Sequence record: NZ_CP035509.1
Length of the DNA: 54,639 bases
Reading direction: 5' to 3' (one strand)
Origin: a plasmid
The first letter of the stretch is position 1; every line of letters begins with the position of its first letter. The position numbers and the translations under genes are program-made. Below, in pieces: positions 49,389-54,639 of this stretch. The notes beneath the pieces were generated by a model, which worked only from the letters and a program-made list of their open reading frames with translations, was not told where the DNA came from and made no database searches.

Positions 49389-49970
49389 ATGTCCCGCACC
49401 TTCGCCTATGTCCGCGTCTCCACCATCCAACAGACCATCGAGAACCAGGTGCAGGAACTGGAGACGGCAGGCTTCATCATCCCGAAGCGCCGGATCGTCT
49501 CCGAGACGATCTCGGGCAGCGTGCCCGCGCAGCAGCGTCCGATGTTCGCCCGCCTGATTGATCGGCTGGAGGAGAGCGACGTGCTGGTGGTCACGAAGAT
49601 GGACCGGCTGGGGCGCGACGCGATGGATGTGGCTCAAACGGTGAACCTGCTTGCCGAAATGCAGGTGCGTGTTCACTGCCTCGCTCTGGGCGGCAGCGAC
49701 CTCACCAGTCCGGCCGGGCAATTCACTATGGCCATCCTGAACGCCGTGGCGCAATTCGAGCGAGAGTTGCTGATTGAACGAACGCATGCGGGTATGGCCC
49801 GCGCCCGGTCACAGGGAAAGATCATTGGGCGACCTGCCAAACTTTCGGCAGCACAGAAACACAGTATTCGTGCGGAGCTGGATGTTGGAGTGTCGGTATC
49901 GGATCTGGCGCGCCGCTATGGGTGCAGCCGGATGACCATCGCTCGATGCAAGGGCAATGTGGAGCCGTGA
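49389..49970 (+). CDS. Serine recombinase (resolvase/invertase family)
   Basis: FAYVRVSTIQQ… catalytic serine region and a C-terminal helix-turn-helix (HTH) (…SVSDLARRYGCSRMTIAR). Confidence 0.85.
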   Translation: MSRTFAYVRVSTIQQTIENQVQELETAGFIIPKRRIVSETISGSVPAQQRPMFARLIDRLEESDVLVVTKMDRLGRDAMDVAQTVNLLAEMQVRVHCLALGGSDLTSPAGQFTMAILNAVAQFERELLIERTHAGMARARSQGKIIGRPAKLSAAQKHSIRAELDVGVSVSDLARRYGCSRMTIARCKGNVEP

Positions 49971-50117
49971 GGGAGTGTTAGCTAAAAGTTCTTCCCATAC
50001 TCGCTAGAGTGAGGCATAATGAGGAGAAATGCGCACATGTGCGCACTGGCGAGCTAAGGATTGTGAAAATGCGCATTACTGTCCTGCTGTCCGATGACGA
50101 AGGGGAGCAGTTTGAGG

Positions 50118-51172
50118 GGCATTGTTGCAGAACTCGGCGTTGAAGCGTGATGTCCCCTTACCCCACCAGCCTTAGGCCACGCGTTCGGTCTCGGCAGTGC
50201 CGAGGGTGTTGAAGCGGTTCATGAGGGCGATGCGGATGTGGATCTCAGCGGTCTGGCGGTCGGGGTCTCGTGAGGCGATGCGCTCGCCGAAGGACTTCAG
50301 GCAGCGCATTTTTGCCTCGATCCGACTTCGGACGTGATAGCCGGACCAGTGCTTCCAGTTTGCTCGCCCAAAGCGTTTGCTCGCCCGAAGGATGTCGTTG
50401 CGGGCACGGGCGGCAGGGCAGTTCTCCTTCCAGAGGCGTCCGTTCTTGCGGATCGGGATGATGGCCGTGCCGCCGCGATCGACGATTGCGGTGTGACACC
50501 GCCGGGTGTCGAAGGCGCCGTCGCCGGTCACGGTGCCTACCTGTTCATCGGCCGGGATCTGATCCAGCAGATCCGGCAGCACAGGGCTGTCGCCTTCGCG
50601 GCTCGAGGTGAACTCCACCGCTCGGATGTCGCCGGTGGCCGTGTCCATCGCCAGATGAACCTTGCGGTATTGGCGCCTGCGGTGCGTGCCGTGCTTGCGC
50701 GCCAGCCATTCCCCGTCGCCCAGGAACTTGATCCCGGTGCTGTCGACCAGCAGGTTCAGCGGCCCCGTTGCACGGCGGTGGGGTATGTCGACCACCAAAG
50801 ATCCTTGTCTGCGGCTCAGGGTGGAGAAGTCCGGCACTGGCCAGTCGAGCCCTGCCATCTTCAGAATGCTGGCCACCATCCCGGTTGTTTGCCGGAGTGG
50901 CAGGCCAAAGAGCACCTTCACCATCAGGCAGAACTGGATCGCTGCATCAGAGAACACCGGCGGACGACCAGGACGCCCCGCCTTGGGGGGCAGCCAGACC
51001 ATGTCTTTGTCCAGCCAGATCAGCAGTGACCCGCGCCGCTTCAGGGCCTTGTTGTAGGACTTCCAGTTCGTCGTGCGGTAGCGGACAGCTTCGGGCTTGC
51101 TCATGCCGAAACGCTTACTCTACCAGCCCCGCTGCGTGAATCCCCCGGCACGCAGAGTTTTGCAACAACGCC
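50118..51172 (-). mobile_element. IS5-A copy 4 (1055 bp, inverted relative to copy 1)
   Basis: Same inverted repeats as copy 1. Two amino-acid differences in the transposase (MVAS, …DHVFV…). Confidence 0.8.
50172..51104 (-). CDS. IS5 family transposase (IS5-A)
   Basis: 310 aa, near-identical to the 4010-4942 product. Confidence 0.9.
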   Translation of the reverse strand: MSKPEAVRYRTTNWKSYNKALKRRGSLLIWLDKDMVWLPPKAGRPGRPPVFSDAAIQFCLMVKVLFGLPLRQTTGMVASILKMAGLDWPVPDFSTLSRRQGSLVVDIPHRRATGPLNLLVDSTGIKFLGDGEWLARKHGTHRRRQYRKVHLAMDTATGDIRAVEFTSSREGDSPVLPDLLDQIPADEQVGTVTGDGAFDTRRCHTAIVDRGGTAIIPIRKNGRLWKENCPAARARNDILRASKRFGRANWKHWSGYHVRSRIEAKMRCLKSFGERIASRDPDRQTAEIHIRIALMNRFNTLGTAETERVA

Positions 51173-51422
51173 GACCAGTGCATTGCTTGTATACCCCGCC
51201 GCATAGATGACGGGCAGGTGTGGAAGGAATTCAGCTACGGCGTCCGCGAGCTTCAGTCATCTCCGGTATGATGATATCGGTGAACAGAAGATCGACCCTC
51301 AGCCCATTGCGGAGGAGGGTTAGTGCTTTGGGGCCGCTGGAGGTGATCGCCGACGGATACTCCGGATCGAACAACCGGGCGCCATTTATGTTCTTGCTGT
51401 AGGAGGACCAACCTATGCCCAA
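51173..51422 (-). pseudogene. Response-regulator receiver-domain remnant (frameshifted; truncation coincides with the end of IS5-A copy 4)
   Basis: …ALTLLRNGLRVDLLFTDIIIPEM, then after a frame change LKLADAVAEFLPHLPVIYAAGYTSNALVG, running directly into the IS5-A inverted repeat at 51172. Confidence 0.4.
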
Positions 51423-51519
51423 AGAGATCGACCAGCGTGCCCAGCGTCATGACCCGGCGTCGACGCATACTCATGACTCGAATGATCGCCCAGACAACCA
51501 AACAAAGCAGCCTGGGAAG
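51415..51519 (+). pseudogene. Small hydrophilic protein gene, 5' part, interrupted by IS3-3
   Basis: AGGAGG RBS, MPKEIDQRAQRHDPASTHTHDSNDRPDNQTKQPGK|. Continues in frame at 52763 after the 3-bp AAG duplication. Confidence 0.5.
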
Positions 51520-51599
51520 TGAGCTACCCCCCGAATTTCGGACACTGACATGAGCTACGATTTGCAGTCTGCTGATCTTCGACGCGAAGGAGATCAGAG

Positions 51600-51860
51600 A
51601 TGTCGAAACGAAAACAGCACGCGCCTGAGTTCAAGGCGAAGGTCGCGCTGGAAGCCCTGAAAGGCGAAGAGACGGCCGCCGAGCTGGCAAGCCGGAAACG
51701 AGCCCTGCTCGACGGTGCGTCCGGCGTATTCGAGCGTGGGGGGCGCAAGATGCCAGAGATTGATGAGGAGCAGGTGAAGGAGCTCCATGCCAAGATCGGG
51801 GAGCTGGCGGTGGCCAACTCTTTTTTGGAAAGAAAGCTGAAGCCTTGGGGCGGGAAGTGA
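51600..51860 (+). CDS. IS3 family transposase OrfA, possibly carrying an in-frame deletion in the helix-turn-helix (HTH) region
   Basis: MSKRKQHAPEFKAKVALEALKGEETAAELASR|KRALLDG… is about 11 residues shorter than the IS3-2 OrfA across the HTH recognition helix. Confidence 0.7.
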   Translation: MSKRKQHAPEFKAKVALEALKGEETAAELASRKRALLDGASGVFERGGRKMPEIDEEQVKELHAKIGELAVANSFLERKLKPWGGK

Positions 51861-52720
51861 GGCGGGGCATGATTGAGCCGGACCACCCGGACCTGTCCAT
51901 CGGCCAGCAGTGCAAGCTGCTGTCGATTGGGCGCTCATCCTTCTACTACAAGCCCAAGGGCGAGACCGAACAGAACCTCGGCCTGATGCGGCGGATCGAC
52001 GAGCAATTCCTGGAGACGCCGTTCTTCGGTGTCCGGCAAATGACTTGGCACTTGCGCAACGACGGCCACCTGGTGAACGAGAAGCGCATCCGGCGACTGA
52101 TGCGCCTCATGGGGCTCATGCCGATCTACCAGAAGCCCAACACCAGCAGGCCGGCGAAAGGGCATAAGACCTATCCCTACCTGTTGAGAGGTCTGCGGGT
52201 GGAACGTCCGAACCAGGTCTGGTGCTCGGATATCACCTACCTACCCATGCGGCGTGGGTTCCTCTACCTCGTGGCGATCATGGACTGGCACACCCGCAAG
52301 GTTCTGTCCTGGCGGATCTCGAACACGCTGGAAGCTGACTTCTGCGTCGAGGCGCTGAATGAGGCCATTTACAAGTTCGGCCCGCCAGAGATCATGAACA
52401 CGGATCAGGGAAGCCAGTTCACGTCCTTCGCTTGGACGGATCGGCTGCGCCGATCCGGCGTGCGGATCTCAATGGATGGGAAAGGTCGGTTCCTCGACAA
52501 CATCTTCATCGAGCGGCTATGGCGAACCCTGAAATACGAGTGCGTCTACCTGCATGCTTGGGAGACCGGATCGGAGACGAAAGCGGCCATCCGGAAATGG
52601 ATGACCTTCTATAACCACCAGCGACCTCATTCAGCCCTGGCCGGCCAGCCTCCGGCGCTGGTCTATTGGCAGAGAAATGATAACAATCAACCCGATCAGC
52701 AGGTGCAACGAGTAGCTTAA
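51845..52720 (+). CDS. IS3 family transposase OrfB
   Basis: DDE motifs in …WCSDITYLP…DQGSQFTS…. Confidence 0.85.
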   Translation: MGREVRRGMIEPDHPDLSIGQQCKLLSIGRSSFYYKPKGETEQNLGLMRRIDEQFLETPFFGVRQMTWHLRNDGHLVNEKRIRRLMRLMGLMPIYQKPNTSRPAKGHKTYPYLLRGLRVERPNQVWCSDITYLPMRRGFLYLVAIMDWHTRKVLSWRISNTLEADFCVEALNEAIYKFGPPEIMNTDQGSQFTSFAWTDRLRRSGVRISMDGKGRFLDNIFIERLWRTLKYECVYLHAWETGSETKAAIRKWMTFYNHQRPHSALAGQPPALVYWQRNDNNQPDQQVQRVA

Positions 52721-52762
52721 ATTATGCCGGATCCTGTCCAATAGATGGGGAGTAGCTCAAAG

Positions 52763-52900
52763 GTCGACAAAACGCCCGTCAGTCCCGCACAGACCCTTGA
52801 GGCGGAGGATGCTACGAAGAAACACAATCAGCGCGACGATGGCCGCGGGGAGGTTACCACCGACGAACCTCTCAAGAATATCGCGGACGCTAACAAGTAA
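52763..52900 (+). pseudogene. Small hydrophilic protein gene, 3' part
   Basis: VDKTPVSPAQTLEAEDATKKHNQRDDGRGEVTTDEPLKNIADANK*. Confidence 0.5.
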
Positions 52901-52932
52901 GGGGAAGTCGGTACCAAAAAGGGGAGAGTAAT

Positions 52933-53113
52933 CATGCGTAAGATTGCCCCGACGCGTGATAAACCGCGTAGCGCGAAGGCGTTCTTTTTCGTTGTCGCAG
53001 CAGCTTTCGGCGTTGCTGCTGCGATGGTTCTGTACATGTCGAGCCAGCAAGTTCCGGCTATTACCGGGGCCCAAGGCGTGGCTGCACCAGATGTCGAAGT
53101 CAGCACGCCTTAA
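52933..53113 (+). CDS. Small membrane protein (59 aa), hypothetical
   Basis: RBS AAAAAGGGGAG. MRKIAPTRDKPRSAKAFFFVVAAAFGVAAAMVLYM… with one TM helix. Confidence 0.3.
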
Positions 53114-53190
53114 AAGCTTGGCCGGAGCGTCAAAGTAAGCTGCACATGCCGACCGCGCTAAGATTTGTTGCTTGTACGTAAAGGAAGCAA

Positions 53191-54066
53191 CTAGGCCTGA
53201 TCTTTGTCGATCTTACTCTTTGCCCCGGCAACGGCGGCCTGTACAACATGCTCGACTTTGGATGCGATGGTATCGCCGCCCTGAGGCACGAGACCCTCAT
53301 CCTTCGCAGTCTCAACTGCTGCGGCATAGCCGGCTTTCGCGGCATCGGTTCCACGATCCGCTAAATTCGCAGCAACGTCTGTGGCTTCATCCAACAAGCG
53401 ATCTCGTGCCGGCCCTACCCAGCGATCCTCGACACTCGATCTCGGCAGCGCTGCGGCGATGACAGCTCCAGCTGCAAGCGCCAATGCCCCAAACAGGAGC
53501 GGCTGAGACTCCATCTGCTGCCCGGCCCGGCGCTGGAAGTCGGACGCTCGATCGCGCACCGCATCGTAGCCCTCATGAACAGCATGCTGAGCGTCATGCA
53601 GCCGACGATTGGCCGCGTCCGAATACTCGGCAACTTTTTCGCCCGCTTTCGAGGAATAGTCCGAGGCTGCATTGCGGGCCTGATCGGAATATTCGTGAAT
53701 ACGGTCTCCGAGCCCCTTTTCGGGAGAGCCAGCTTGCATTGAACGAGCGGTCCGGTCGTAACCGTGCTGCGGGGTCCGTCCGGTCGGTGTATACGGGAGA
53801 CGCGGATCCTGTGGCTCTCTGCGTGCTACGCCGGTTGCAAGCAAAGCGAGACCAAGGCCAATCATACCGAAGGCAACGGGTTCGGCACGGATTTCTCGGC
53901 CTACGGCGACAAGGGTGCCACGGGCATCGTTGATGCCGACGAACCGCGTCGCATCATTGACGACATTTTCCACCGAAAGGCGGCTCTTCAAAGCGTCGAG
54001 AGTACTCTCGACGTTTGCGCGATTTGCTTCGACTTCGGCTTCGATCTTATCGGGAGAGTCGGTCAT
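53191..54066 (-). CDS. DUF3618-like membrane-anchored protein
   Basis: MTDSPDKIEAEVEANRANVESTLDALKSRLS… N-terminus and a central TM segment. ATG at 54066 overlaps the stop of the upstream holin-like gene (ATGA). The ORF-track start at 54219 is rejected. Confidence 0.6.
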   Translation of the reverse strand: MTDSPDKIEAEVEANRANVESTLDALKSRLSVENVVNDATRFVGINDARGTLVAVGREIRAEPVAFGMIGLGLALLATGVARREPQDPRLPYTPTGRTPQHGYDRTARSMQAGSPEKGLGDRIHEYSDQARNAASDYSSKAGEKVAEYSDAANRRLHDAQHAVHEGYDAVRDRASDFQRRAGQQMESQPLLFGALALAAGAVIAAALPRSSVEDRWVGPARDRLLDEATDVAANLADRGTDAAKAGYAAAVETAKDEGLVPQGGDTIASKVEHVVQAAVAGAKSKIDKDQA

Positions 54067-54464
54067 TTGAGTTGATCCTTTGCGAGCTTGGCGTCGCGGC
54101 TGGTCTGCTCGACCGCGCGTTCTGGAAGCAGGGTGGAAACGGAGAGATTCTTTTTGCCTCGGACCATCAGGATGGCACCGATGACAAACAGCACGCCACC
54201 GACGATAACGGCTGCCCAAGTCGGTCCGACCCAGTGTGCAAGTGCGAGGACAAGGGCCTGAAGCAATACGATCGCTGCGAGAAGCATGATGATTGCACCA
54301 GCGGCAAGCATCTCGGCACCCGCCGCGAGTTTGCGGCCTGACTCGTTGATCTCGGACCGGACCAGTCGACCTTCGCTGCGCACCAGTTCGGTTAGGTCGC
54401 GGACAAGGTCGCTTAGCAGTGTCGCGATGCCGCGAGGATCAGAGTCCCTGTTGTCATAGGCCAT
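54063..54464 (-). CDS. Holin-family-like small membrane protein ("phage holin family protein" architecture)
   Basis: MAYDNRDSDPRGIATLLSDLVRDLTELVRSE… followed by two TM helices. Strong GGGAGG RBS. Confidence 0.65.
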   Translation of the reverse strand: MAYDNRDSDPRGIATLLSDLVRDLTELVRSEGRLVRSEINESGRKLAAGAEMLAAGAIIMLLAAIVLLQALVLALAHWVGPTWAAVIVGGVLFVIGAILMVRGKKNLSVSTLLPERAVEQTSRDAKLAKDQLK

Positions 54465-54639
54465 GCTTATCCTCCCGGCGCAGAGCCTCGGGTGAAGTAT
54501 CCGTAACGCTGGCACCGGACGGCTCGCGCATCGTGCTGCCGGGTGTGCCGAATACCGGAGGTTCGGTGCCGGGATCGCGGGCCTGGCTCGCCGTGTATCC
54601 GGACTCTCGCTGAGCCCGGTAGGCCGGAGGCTGCGTATT
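54454..54639 (-). CDS. Hypothetical protein, 3' end only (5' end runs off the window)
   Basis: Open frame on the minus strand from the window edge to a TGA at 54454-54456, overlapping the holin-like start. Confidence 0.25.
   Translation of the reverse strand, partial: NTQPPAYRAQRESGYTASQARDPGTEPPVFGTPGSTMREPSGASVTDTSPEALRREDKHGL

Larger units (their letters stand above)
51520..52759 (+). mobile_element. IS3 family element (IS3-3), 1240 bp
   Basis: Inverted repeats begin TGAGCTAC(C/T)CCCC. 3-bp target-site duplication (TSD) AAG at 51517-51519 and 52760-52762. Related to IS3-2 but distinct from it. Confidence 0.85.

Overview
Read from the sequence alone, this 54.6-kb window is high-GC and resembles an alphaproteobacterial (Rhodobacteraceae/Rhizobiales-like) plasmid or ICE segment. 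Three things dominate it.

(1) A conjugative-plasmid core of Agrobacterium-like layout occupies the middle (about 17-38 kb). In order it carries:
- a vapBC toxin-antitoxin pair;
- DUF3560 and DUF932 genes, each behind a copy of the same 600-bp leader;
- a small DNA methyltransferase, an XRE-family regulator and an SRAP/YedK-like protein;
- divergent virC2-virC1 (ParA-like) and mobC to VirD2-like relaxase to VirD4/TraG coupling protein, around a candidate oriT;
- a solitary RepC-type replication initiator.

(2) General-stress-type genes form two islands at the two ends of the window (an SDR with a Zn-ADH, a GSP17M-like protein, DUF2243, a DUF892/YciE-like ferritin, two DUF2382/YsnF proteins, a CYTH protein, Mn-catalase and DUF883/DUF3618/holin-like membrane proteins). 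Four of these have GGAAC-N16/17-(A/C/G)GTT motifs of sigma-EcfG type upstream.

(3) Insertion-sequence (IS) load is very heavy.
- An IS903-like IS5-family element (IS5-A) is present in three and a half copies, one of them split by an IS21 (istA/istB).
- There are three different IS3-family elements; one is internally deleted and one sits inside an IS110-like copy.
- A minimal Tn3-family tnpA/tnpR element with a clean 5-bp GGGGT target-site duplication (TSD) interrupts a yidB-like gene.
- Most striking is a 3.77-kb composite present twice: IS110/IS1111-like copy, then a second IS5-family element (IS5-B), then an inverted IS110-like copy. One copy is itself interrupted by an IS3. The other is inserted in the VirD2-like relaxase gene with perfect 18-bp terminal inverted repeats and a 9-bp TSD.

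Several genes are inactivated by these insertions: the relaxase, yidB, two small genes, and two response-regulator remnants whose truncation coincides with IS ends. No rRNA, tRNA or CRISPR array was recognised. All coordinates and boundaries come from reading the sequence by eye and comparing repeat copies within the window, and should be confirmed by alignment.
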